IMG/VR virus record: IMGVR_UViG_3300006065_000007
Location: 84,459-136,948 of that record
DNA: 52,490 nucleotides
Direction: 5' to 3' (one strand)
DNA from: a virus
In this document: in pieces, positions 18,369 to 27,499 of the stretch
Layout of the letters: every line of letters starts with the position of its first letter
Numbering within the stretch: the stretch's first letter is position 1
Translations under genes and position numbers: made by a program
Notes under the pieces: model-generated
The model's input: only the letters and a program-made list of their open reading frames with translations
The model's database searches: none
Told to the model about the DNA's origin: nothing

Positions 18369-18827
18369 ATGGGAGTAGATACCAAAGCAATCCTTAGAAA
18401 AGGAACAACGATTGAACAAATCGAAAAAGCAATTTCTGAAAAATATACAGAAGTTAAAGTTAGGGCAACAATGCCTGATTTTATGTATGTAATGTTCAAG
18501 GATGGTGCAGACCAAAGACAACTTGCAGTTTCATTTACAAATTCTTGCGAAAGAGAAGATAATATTGCAGGTGTTTGGACTTCTCTTGGTAAATGGGGAA
18601 ATTCAGTTGAAATAGCAAGATACCTTTGCGAATACTTTGGTGGCTACCTTGACGAAAACGATTGTGATGATGAAGGTTATTATCCAATAAACTTTCATCT
18701 TTACTCACAAGGTAATGAATTTACTAAACTTGATGAGTTTCGTCATAAGGTCATAAAAGAAGTTGGTTACGATAAACTAAAATCTGTTATGAAATTGCTC
18801 GATGAATATTTGGAGGTAGTGTCTTAA
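18369..18827 (+). CDS. Hypothetical protein, first gene of the cassette-like array
   Basis: ORF behind the promoter at about 18226, followed by GGCACATAAC. Confidence 0.7.
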   Translation: MGVDTKAILRKGTTIEQIEKAISEKYTEVKVRATMPDFMYVMFKDGADQRQLAVSFTNSCEREDNIAGVWTSLGKWGNSVEIARYLCEYFGGYLDENDCDDEGYYPINFHLYSQGNEFTKLDEFRHKVIKEVGYDKLKSVMKLLDEYLEVVS

Positions 18828-19065
18828 AATGGCACATAACGTATGGTGCTATGAGCAGGTTTGCCTTGCAGAAATGTTCAAGTTACCGAAAATGTTATTG
18901 GCAAACTTGCTTATAGCGTTAAATGTATGAAATGTAGGCGAATAGGAACTACTGCCCTATCAACCTGCACAAAACTAAATAGAAAGTAGAAAAGTATAAA
19001 CCTGCACTGAACTGCCTATATTTTATACATATTGTTAGGCGTATGTGCTTTATTTTTAAATCAAA

Positions 19066-19338
19066 ATGAGAAAACAAGTAGAAGAAGAATATTGGATTTG
19101 CATTATAGGTGCAGCCAATAGTAAAAATTTAAAAGGTGGCTCAGATTCGCCTATGAGAAATGCAGTTCAAAAAGCATTTGAGGAAACAACAGGACACGAA
19201 GACGAAACATGTTGGAGTGGTTGGGGTTCAGAAAAAGAAAAAGTAGATGTTGTAAATTCTGTTTGGTCAATGGATAAAGACGACCCATTATATGAAGCAA
19301 TTAAATGTATGCTCAAATGTGGTGGTCGGATTTCTTAG
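19066..19338 (+). CDS. Cassette hypothetical protein
   Basis: ORF bounded by complementary core sites. Confidence 0.7.
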   Translation: MRKQVEEEYWICIIGAANSKNLKGGSDSPMRNAVQKAFEETTGHEDETCWSGWGSEKEKVDVVNSVWSMDKDDPLYEAIKCMLKCGGRIS

Positions 19339-19412
19339 CATTACGCCTAACGGTCGAGTATTGGCGTTGTTGCCATCACAGAATTTAATTAATAACACTA
19401 AACTATAATATT

Positions 19413-19625
19413 ATGGAAAACTTATCAGAAAGCACGAACAGCAATAACGCTAATACTTTGTTAGCACCTGTTTATTCGCAAGATGAAGTTAAATCACTTA
19501 TTCAAGCGATATATTCAGAATTTGCAGAACTACCATTAAAAATGCACACAACTCATAACTTGCGTGGCATCATAGAACAAGAAGTTGAACAACACCCACT
19601 AAAACCAATTAAGATTTTTAAATAG
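19413..19625 (+). CDS. Cassette hypothetical protein starting inside the attC hairpin
   Basis: The ATG lies in the palindrome loop and the frame reads through GTTAGCA. Confidence 0.6.
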   Translation: MENLSESTNSNNANTLLAPVYSQDEVKSLIQAIYSEFAELPLKMHTTHNLRGIIEQEVEQHPLKPIKIFK

Positions 19626-19763
19626 GTGCTAACGGCGGTAATATGAAAAGTTGGCTTTGCAGACACTTTCAAGTTACCACATCAGTTTGATAGCCAATTT
19701 TTTATATTACGTGTTATCGGCTGCCTTTTATTAATCAAATTATTCACTTAAAATTTAAATAAA

Positions 19764-20081
19764 ATGGGATTAGATTTTTCACATACTTGTCCGAAAATAG
19801 ACAAGGCAATTTCAGAGGCAAAAGATACTATTATTGACTATCTGAAAAATTATATTACTGATTTATGCCCTTATATAAGTGATGATAAAGCAAATGAATT
19901 ATCAAAAGATTGGGGTACGGATTTATATAATAAAATTTCAGACGGATTTGAAGCCACAAGAGAAACAAATGAAGATATGAGAAAACAAGCAGACTATCAG
20001 ATTGAAAAACTCGAATCTGAAATTGAATATTTAAAGTCTGAAATTAAAGAACTCGAAAGCCAATTAGATGCTGTTTCTTAG
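19764..20081 (+). CDS. Cassette hypothetical coiled-coil protein
   Basis: ORF bounded by GTTATCGGC/GCCGATAAC. Confidence 0.7.
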   Translation: MGLDFSHTCPKIDKAISEAKDTIIDYLKNYITDLCPYISDDKANELSKDWGTDLYNKISDGFEATRETNEDMRKQADYQIEKLESEIEYLKSEIKELESQLDAVS

Positions 20082-20266
20082 GTTGCCGATAACGGTTGGC
20101 GGTATGAAATCGAAGCGGAATGCGAGCGATAAACTGTCAACCACTACAGAAGATTGAACGGGAGACAAAGCCCCAAAATAGCACTGAAACCGCTTTGTTT
20201 TATACCGCTTGTTATGGTTTCGTGCTTTATTAATCAGATTGTTAAACTTAAAAAATAAAATCAAAA

Positions 20267-20548
20267 ATGAAACAAACGGCAATTGAATGGCTATTAGAGA
20301 ATATGCCAGATTTAAGTCAAAATATAGAAATTGGGCTAACTCTTGAATTACATGCTAAACTTCAACATGCAAAAGAAATTGAAGAAGAGTTGCTAAAAGA
20401 TGCTTATTCAGATGGGATTAATGCACATCGTGTAAATTTTTGCAATAGGGATGAATATTTTCAAAAAGCATTCAGAGAAAATCAAACAGTTAAAAATCAA
20501 TTTTGCCCTTATTGTGGAAAATCTTCATGTTGTGGGGACTGTTCTTAG
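20267..20548 (+). CDS. Cassette hypothetical protein (MKQTAIEWL, Cys-rich tail)
   Basis: ORF bounded by GTTATGGTT/AACCATAAC. Confidence 0.7.
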   Translation: MKQTAIEWLLENMPDLSQNIEIGLTLELHAKLQHAKEIEEELLKDAYSDGINAHRVNFCNRDEYFQKAFRENQTVKNQFCPYCGKSSCCGDCS

Positions 20549-20792
20549 CATGAACCATAACGGTTGGGTGTATATGTAGTGTGAGATTTGAAAGACTGAA
20601 CTTGACTTAACCACAAATATTGATTAGAATGATGAACTTGGATAAACCACTGAATCTCACATTACATATACACCTTGTTATGTACAGGTGCGGTGAAGTT
20701 CAGACAAAACGCAATTAGAACCACAGACAAAAACAAAAAGAATTTTGGGTGGAAATTTTAAATTCAAATATTTATATATATAAAAGAAAACG

Positions 20793-21305
20793 ATGAAAGA
20801 TTTGAAGAAATTTATAGCGACTACAATAAGAGAATATCTGAACGAAAACATTTATAGTGAAATACCACAACCATTTGAGGGTATTGATGTAATTGGTATG
20901 GGAACATTTGGTAATAAACAATACCCAACAGATGCTTATGAAGCCTTTTCAGAACAATATGATTTACCAAATGAACCAATATTATATATACATAGTTTTT
21001 TCCCAAATGAAGAATACAGAGGTAAAGGATTAACAAAAAAATATCTATTAAAAACGCTTTCAGATTGGATTAATAATAGATTAAATAACAAAGAATTAAT
21101 TGAAAGAATAGGTATGCGTTCATTACGAAAATTTGGTGGGAGTGATTTATTTGGAACATCTTCTTTTTATGATGAAGGTGAAAAATTCTTCAATAATTTA
21201 GTTGATAATGGTTATTTAGAAAAAATTAATTTAAATAAAAACAAGGATGGTAGGGCTTTAAATTTATTTAAAATAACGGATAAGACTAAAAACCTAAATA
21301 TTTAA
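20793..21305 (+). CDS. Cassette protein, possibly GNAT-like, with its own TATTTATA motif
   Basis: LYIHSFFPNEEYRGKGLTK resembles GNAT motif A. Confidence 0.55.
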   Translation: MKDLKKFIATTIREYLNENIYSEIPQPFEGIDVIGMGTFGNKQYPTDAYEAFSEQYDLPNEPILYIHSFFPNEEYRGKGLTKKYLLKTLSDWINNRLNNKELIERIGMRSLRKFGGSDLFGTSSFYDEGEKFFNNLVDNGYLEKINLNKNKDGRALNLFKITDKTKNLNI

Positions 21306-21445
21306 AATGTGCGTTGGAAAATTCTTTTTGTTTTCTTCACTGAACTTAATTAGAAGTACTAATTTAGCACTTGTACATAACACGTTATATATTAACATTA
21401 ACTAAAGATTAACAAAAAGAATATCAACAAATTAAACTATAAAAT

Positions 21446-21679
21446 ATGAAAGATAATCAAGCGTTTGTTATTACTGTTCAAACTGAACTTGGACAATGTT
21501 ATTTAGGTGAAAGAGATAGTATAATGACTAAACCAAGTGGTGCTGTATTTTATCACGATGAAATGTATGCAAAGTCTGAATTAAATAGAGTTATTTCAAC
21601 ATATAGTTATACAGAAAATACATTCTTAAATGATAAGAGTAAATTGTCAATCAAGTTGGTTGAAATAAATATTTTATAA
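21446..21679 (+). CDS. Cassette hypothetical protein
   Basis: ORF between GTTATAT and TTATAAC. Confidence 0.55.
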   Translation: MKDNQAFVITVQTELGQCYLGERDSIMTKPSGAVFYHDEMYAKSELNRVISTYSYTENTFLNDKSKLSIKLVEINIL

Positions 21680-21882
21680 AATGTTTAATATTGATTATAA
21701 CGGTTGCAAATATTAAAAAGGATATGGTAAAGATGTTGAGGGTAGTATAATGAACTATGGTGAAATATGTAATTGTAATAGATATTTTCTTTGTGAACAT
21801 AGAATACAATGGATTGTGGACTTTATTAAGAAGAATTATGTATAACGGTTACAGATATATTTAGTTTTTTAATTATAATAAT

Positions 21883-22131
21883 ATGGAAGAAAAATATTTA
21901 GAACAATACAGAAACAACGGAATTAATTTTAATGAAACACAGGAAAAATTAAATATATCTGTTGTTATACAACGTTTGATTGAACGAAAAGAAAAATTGT
22001 TAAGAGATGTAGAATACTACGATTATTGTGTGAATGGAGGTGCTTATTTTCGTGAAGATGTTACTTATTACATTAGAACAATAAAGAGTAGATTAGTAGA
22101 GTTGGATTATCTTTTAGAAAATGTTGTCTAA
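21883..22131 (+). CDS. Cassette hypothetical protein starting inside the attC hairpin
   Basis: The frame reads through GTTATAC and its stop is part of GTCTAAC. Confidence 0.6.
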   Translation: MEEKYLEQYRNNGINFNETQEKLNISVVIQRLIERKEKLLRDVEYYDYCVNGGAYFREDVTYYIRTIKSRLVELDYLLENVV

Positions 22132-22218
22132 CGTCCTGGTGTATGATTAGTTTTAATTAATTATACCCATGAAAAAGGAAGTAAAAATAAAAGATTTTGT
22201 CAACAAACGTTAATTATT

Positions 22219-22467
22219 ATGGATGAAGTTAAAATGTTTTTATTCGCAAGGTGGATAGCTACTTGTTACGCTGATTCACATTTGGATAGTAAAATGAAGT
22301 GTGAACACGATGAAGGATTTAAAGAAAGTGAAGCAATATCTGTTTTAAATAGAGAAACAGGATACTGGTATAAGGAACAACTAAAACATTTTAATGATGT
22401 TGTATATCCAAATTACCTTGAAAACGGAACTGTTGATAATACGAAGCAGTTTTTTAATGTTTACTAA
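22219..22467 (+). CDS. Cassette hypothetical protein
   Basis: Its stop is part of TACTAACGGTTG. Confidence 0.55.
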   Translation: MDEVKMFLFARWIATCYADSHLDSKMKCEHDEGFKESEAISVLNRETGYWYKEQLKHFNDVVYPNYLENGTVDNTKQFFNVY

Positions 22468-22717
22468 CGGTTGGGTATATGTATGTAAAACAAAAATTAT
22501 AACTATGAAAAAAGAAGTAAAAATAGAAGATTTTGTTAGCAAAGATGAACTTGATGCTATGACAGAGACAGAACGTGAAATTTATGATAAAGTATTTCTG
22601 ATGAATAAACAAAATCTACAAGGATTGACTGACGCACTTGATATGATAAATAAAGTAAAAGAAAAAGATGGTGGATAATTTTTTATATCATATAACTAAA
22701 TTAAAATAATTGTCCAT

Positions 22718-24409
22718 ATGGAAAACTCAAAATATTTAAAATCATTCGGAGAACATTTGCGTCAATTAAGAGAAACTTCAGGACTGACACAAAAGGAAGT
22801 TGCTATTAGACTTTCTGTTGATAATTCTTTACTTGCTAAAATTGAACGCAATGAACGACCACCAACAAAAAAATTCATAAAAAATGTTGCATTGTTTTTC
22901 AAGGTTGATGAAAAAGAATTGCAGAATGAATTTTTAAGCGACCAAATTGCATACAGAATAATTGGAGAAAATGCTGATTTAAATATTTTTAAGGGTTGCA
23001 GAAGAGAAAGTGTTTTACTTAAAAAACAGAGAAAAATGTTAACAAAGGAATATATAAAAGAATTAAAAGGCAATGGCAACGGTGATATTGACCATCTGGT
23101 AAATATATTTCAAGATAGTGCTTCCTTGACTTTTATACTTGAAAATCTTGGTCAGTTGCCTAAAGACTTTGATGGTAGTTTCTTGCCTAATCTTTTATCT
23201 CATAAAAATGCAAATGTTAGGCTATGGGCTGTCAAAACCATTGGGAAATTAGTTAAAGAAGACTATTTGCCAATTCTTAAAAATACAGCTGCAACTGATA
23301 GCGACACAAATGTTAGACGCGAAGCAGTATCGTTAATAGGACGAATGAGAACCCCAAAAGGGCAAAAAGTTTTACAAGAGATACTCCAAGACAACGACCC
23401 TAAAATCGTATGCCAAGCCATTCGTGGTTTGCTTGTTTTCAAAGGAGACAACAGTATTGATAATAGTTTAAAACCATTGGTAAATCACGAAAACGAAATG
23501 GTTCGGACTGTTATTTACAAAGAGTATTTTGCAGTGCCAAAAGATAAAAACGGACAACCTCATACAGAAAGTTACGACTATTTAAAAAATGTTGTTGTTA
23601 ATGCCGATACAATTGAAACTATGAAATTGCTCAATGATGAAAGCATTCATTTGACTTTTACATCACCTCCATACTACAATGCAAGAGATTATTCAATTTA
23701 TCCAAGTTATAAAGCATATTTGGAATTTCTTGCAGATGTATTCAGGGAAGTTCACCGTATAACTAAAGAAGGACGTTTCCTTATAGTAAACACTTCGCCA
23801 ATAATAATTCCGAGAATTAGCCGAGCACATAGCAGTAAACGCTATCCTATTCCTTTTGACATTCACCCATATTTAATGGAAATGGGTTGGGAATTTATTG
23901 ACGATATTGTATGGATGAAACCAGAAGCAAGTGTAAAAAATCGTATTGGCGGATTTCAGCAACATAGAAAACCACTTGGGTACAAACCTAACTCCATAAC
24001 TGAGTATTTAATGGTTTATAGAAAATCAACGGAAAAACTTTTAGATTGGAATATACGTCAATACGACTGGCAGACCGTACAGGAAAGTAAAGTTCCTGAA
24101 GGTTACGAAACTACAAATGTTTGGAAAATTAACCCTTGCTTTGATAAGGTACATTCTGCTGTGTTCCCAGTTGAACTTTGTAAACGAGTTATTCAATATT
24201 ACTCTTACAAAGGCGATTTAGTTTTTGACCCATTTGGTGGAAGCGGAACAATGGGAAAAACTGCTAAAAGTTTAAACCGTTATTTTTTCTTGACAGAAAA
24301 AGATGAAAACTATTTCGAGTATATGAAATCGAAGAAAACAAAAGAAATGTTTGATACTTATGAAACAAAATTTTTAACACTTAAAGAATTTAAAGAAACA
24401 ATAAAATGA
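22718..24409 (+). CDS. XRE-HTH controller fused (probably by a 1-nt frameshift) to a HEAT-repeat N4/N6 DNA methyltransferase (beta class)
   Basis: HTH GLTQKEVA..LAKIERNER, HEAT repeats, TSPPY, HSAVFP and DPFGGSGT. A separate MTase start is likely at 23036. Confidence 0.85.
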   Translation: MENSKYLKSFGEHLRQLRETSGLTQKEVAIRLSVDNSLLAKIERNERPPTKKFIKNVALFFKVDEKELQNEFLSDQIAYRIIGENADLNIFKGCRRESVLLKKQRKMLTKEYIKELKGNGNGDIDHLVNIFQDSASLTFILENLGQLPKDFDGSFLPNLLSHKNANVRLWAVKTIGKLVKEDYLPILKNTAATDSDTNVRREAVSLIGRMRTPKGQKVLQEILQDNDPKIVCQAIRGLLVFKGDNSIDNSLKPLVNHENEMVRTVIYKEYFAVPKDKNGQPHTESYDYLKNVVVNADTIETMKLLNDESIHLTFTSPPYYNARDYSIYPSYKAYLEFLADVFREVHRITKEGRFLIVNTSPIIIPRISRAHSSKRYPIPFDIHPYLMEMGWEFIDDIVWMKPEASVKNRIGGFQQHRKPLGYKPNSITEYLMVYRKSTEKLLDWNIRQYDWQTVQESKVPEGYETTNVWKINPCFDKVHSAVFPVELCKRVIQYYSYKGDLVFDPFGGSGTMGKTAKSLNRYFFLTEKDENYFEYMKSKKTKEMFDTYETKFLTLKEFKETIK

Positions 24410-24490
24410 CATTAACAGAACAAGTAGCCAAGAACATCATTCGTAAACTTTTAAAAGGGGATGATTACAGAATTGAAGTAGTAACGCTTA
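24406..24490 (+). pseudogene. 5' stub of a type II restriction endonuclease (CfrBI-like)
   Basis: ATGA overlap with the MTase stop. MTLTEQVAKNIIRKLLKGDDYRIEVVTL resembles CfrBI-family N-termini as I recall them, then changes abruptly to AT-rich phage-like DNA. Confidence 0.55.
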
Positions 24491-25332
24491 ATTATATAAA
24501 AACTATGGTGCTTTTTGGTGGACACCTTATAAAAAATACCCTAGAGTTAAATTCCTGAAACAATTAATTAAAAAATATTCCAATGATGAAAAATAATGAT
24601 ACAAATTTATTGAATGATGAAATTTATAATATCATTAATTCAAAAATTCAAGACGAATTTATTTGTAAAACTCTTGATGAAGCTGTTCTTTGGCTTTCAA
24701 AACAAGAACATCCTATGGGTTATTCAGGTTGTAATATGTCTATCGGACTATACATCAATATTAATAATAAAAACCTATTTTTATTAAAGGTTTTGATGAT
24801 GAAGGACTAGCAAGAAAAAAACGAAAAGAATTAAAAAAAAACAATGAAAACTGATATTGAACTACTTAATTTATTCCTTAATGAGGTTAAATTACAATTT
24901 CCCGTTAACTTCAAAAATACATATGGCATCCCTCCAGGACTTTGCTACTTATTATTTTTTTTATTTAAAATGAAATTAAATGAAAAAATATCTAACGATG
25001 ATTATAATAGATTATTATAACTAATAATAGACCTAATAATAATAGACCTTATGATATGTACTGGTGGGAACCTTATATAAGAACCCCTAGAGTGAAATTT
25101 ATTAAACAACTAATACAATTATATTCTAATGAAAAGACTCGGCATTAATACAGTTCAAATTAAAAAAAGAATGTTAAATACATGTTCATCTTGTAAACAT
25201 TTCGGATCTCAAGGTTCATTAGGTCTTGTTAAAGATAATTCTAATAACGACTTTAAATCTTGCTCAGCATTTATTTTCCAAGATTTAATAATAATAATTT
25301 TTAATGACTATCTTTGTTTAAAAGAAAATATT

Positions 25333-26193
25333 ATGACACTTTGGAATAACGATACTGAAATTCAATTCTTTACGGAAGCGTTAAAAAACTTTGCTTCTCC
25401 TGAACAATTATTTTATAATCTGCAAGGTGGATACTTTGCTTATGTCCCAAAAGGCTCAGATGCCGAAGGACAAACTTTACAAAGCAGAAGCTCATTAATT
25501 GGACAATTTACAGAAAAATGGAGTAAAACTCTTTTTGAACCAATTGCAAATGAACTGGGACTATTTGCAGTTAACAGTGTAGTATGTGATGAACTCGGTT
25601 TATCAAGACAATCAAGTGCAGACCTTGCTTTTTGCACTACCAATCAGACAAACCAAAGGCCTGAAAACATTATACTGCTTTTTGAAATTAAAATGAGTGT
25701 TGTGTCGAACTACAAGTTTACACAGCCGAATAAAGTTGAATTCATTGGCGATTACAAGCAACATAAAGGCAATCCTGCATTACTGCGTTCTGACTCAATG
25801 TTAAAAGCAATAGGAAAGTCTATAAACATTCGTGTTTCAGGTATCGCTTCTACAAAAATACCAGTTGTAGTTTTGGGTAACAGCCCAATAACTGAAAGTT
25901 ATATTAAGAAAGTAGACTTTCTGAAAACTTCTGGAGTTATTCAAGGTTTTTGGTCGTTAAATCCAAAGCCAACTAATTCAGACTTTGTTAAAAACACTTC
26001 AAAATTAGGATTTCAAACTATCCTAAACGGAGAGCAACTACTTAATAACTGCAAAGAACTTGTAACAAATGATATGAATTATTTTTCTTCTATGATTTCA
26101 AAATTGAAATTGGGTGAAATAATTCGAATTGCAAGCCAAGAAGCAACTGACATTGCTAAAGCAGAGAAATTTTTAAACTTAATCCGAAGCTAA
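25333..26193 (+). CDS. Putative type II restriction endonuclease (PD-(D/E)xK)
   Basis: SADLAF...LFEIKMS, directly upstream of an MTase. A TATCTTTG promoter at about 25310 favours the MTLWN start. Confidence 0.7.
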   Translation: MTLWNNDTEIQFFTEALKNFASPEQLFYNLQGGYFAYVPKGSDAEGQTLQSRSSLIGQFTEKWSKTLFEPIANELGLFAVNSVVCDELGLSRQSSADLAFCTTNQTNQRPENIILLFEIKMSVVSNYKFTQPNKVEFIGDYKQHKGNPALLRSDSMLKAIGKSINIRVSGIASTKIPVVVLGNSPITESYIKKVDFLKTSGVIQGFWSLNPKPTNSDFVKNTSKLGFQTILNGEQLLNNCKELVTNDMNYFSSMISKLKLGEIIRIASQEATDIAKAEKFLNLIRS

Positions 26194-26194
26194 A

Positions 26195-27136
26195 ATGAAA
26201 AGACAAAACGGAACAGAGACAAGTGCTTTCGGAACAAACGGAAGAATTAATCACGATAGTTCAAAATTTTACAACTCTAAATTATATTCAGAACTAGGGG
26301 ACAAAAAAGTACTTGATAAAAACGAAAATGATTTTCCCGATAAATTGGAGAATAAATTTATTCTTGGCTCTGCCGAGAATATGAAAGAATTGCCTGACAA
26401 TTCAGTTCATTTGATGATAACTTCACCGCCCTACAATGTTTCAAAAGAATATGATGAAGATTTATCTTTAAAAGAGTATTTACAACTTCTTGAAAATTCA
26501 TTTAAAGAAACTTACAGAGTGCTTGTTAATGGTGGTCGTGCTTGTATAAATGTCGCTAATCTTGGTAGAAAACCTTACATCCCTTTATCAGATTACATTT
26601 CAAAAATGATGTTAGATATTGGTTTTAATATGCGTGGTGAAATTATTTGGAATAAAGCAGCAAGTGCAAGTCCTTCGACAGCTTGGGGTAGTTGGCAAAG
26701 TGCTGCTAACCCAATTTTGAGAGACATACACGAATATATTTTAATTTTTTCTAAAGGCGATTATAAAAGAGAAAAAGGTAAAAAAGAAAACACCATTTCA
26801 AAAGAACAATTTATGGAATGGACAAAATCAATCTGGACAATGAATGCAGAGAGTGCAAGAAGAATTGGACACCCTGCACCATTTCCCGAAGAATTACCAA
26901 ATAGACTAATTCAACTTTATTCATTTAAAGGTGATATTATCTTAGACCCATTTATGGGTAGTGGAACAACTGCTGTTTCTGCTTTGAAGACTGATAGAAA
27001 ATTTGTAGGATATGACATAAGCAAAGAATATATTGACCTTGCAGAGAAAAGAATTGAACCGTTATTAAAACAAACAAAGATAGCATTTAACCTGACAGTA
27101 TTGGAAGAAGAGCCACAAACCGCTAACAAAGGCTAA
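26195..27136 (+). CDS. N4/N6 DNA methyltransferase (beta class)
   Basis: ITSPPYN, HPAPFP and LDPFMGSGTT. Confidence 0.9.
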   Translation: MKRQNGTETSAFGTNGRINHDSSKFYNSKLYSELGDKKVLDKNENDFPDKLENKFILGSAENMKELPDNSVHLMITSPPYNVSKEYDEDLSLKEYLQLLENSFKETYRVLVNGGRACINVANLGRKPYIPLSDYISKMMLDIGFNMRGEIIWNKAASASPSTAWGSWQSAANPILRDIHEYILIFSKGDYKREKGKKENTISKEQFMEWTKSIWTMNAESARRIGHPAPFPEELPNRLIQLYSFKGDIILDPFMGSGTTAVSALKTDRKFVGYDISKEYIDLAEKRIEPLLKQTKIAFNLTVLEEEPQTANKG

Positions 27137-27251
27137 AATCAAGCGGGCAGAAAGTGCTAATTTGAAGGGTATTGCATCTAATAAACTTCATCGTAAATTG
27201 ACAGTGAAGTTCTCCGAAATGCCCGCCAGCTTTTAGCCTCAACCGTTATGC
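27121..27251 (+). repeat. Canonically oriented attC site
   Basis: CGCTAAC-aa-AGGCTAAAA..GCGGGCA...TGCCCGC..TTTTAGCCT-caacc-GTTATGC, overlapping the MTase stop. Confidence 0.75.
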
Positions 27252-27499
27252 ACAAGTGGAAAAAAGACAACGACACAGTAAATTGACAATGAAAATGGAA
27301 TATTAACCCACATTGCAGGGTTTTCCTCAAAAAATGATAAAAAAGCTGTTAATAACCCGGAATTTATTAACAATGATCCAATTTGCAGAATAAATAACCT
27401 TTGATAATCAAGTGTTTGCGTTTTTAGGTTACTTGATTTTGTAAATGTTGTACCCCCGCTCTTGTTGCTGATTAACAAACAGTTGCATAGCTTTACGGC

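Larger units (their letters stand above)
18834..22468. repeat. Array of attC-like sites: 18834-19040 (two fused), 19345-19466, 19627-19719, 20087-20217, 20555-20683, 21375-21390 (collapsed), 21695, 21840-21970, 22126, 22462
   Basis: Each full site is TAAC..long imperfect palindrome..GTTA. The GTTA-end before each ORF is complementary to the TAAC-end after the same ORF, for example GTTAGGCGTA/TACGCCTAAC, GTTAGCACCT/AGGTGCTAAC and GTTATGTACA/TGTACATAAC. Confidence 0.8.

Noticed and set aside
25129-25332. N-terminal extension of the restriction endonuclease
   Set aside because: It looks like unrelated upstream DNA in frame by chance. A promoter motif sits just before the ATG at 25333.
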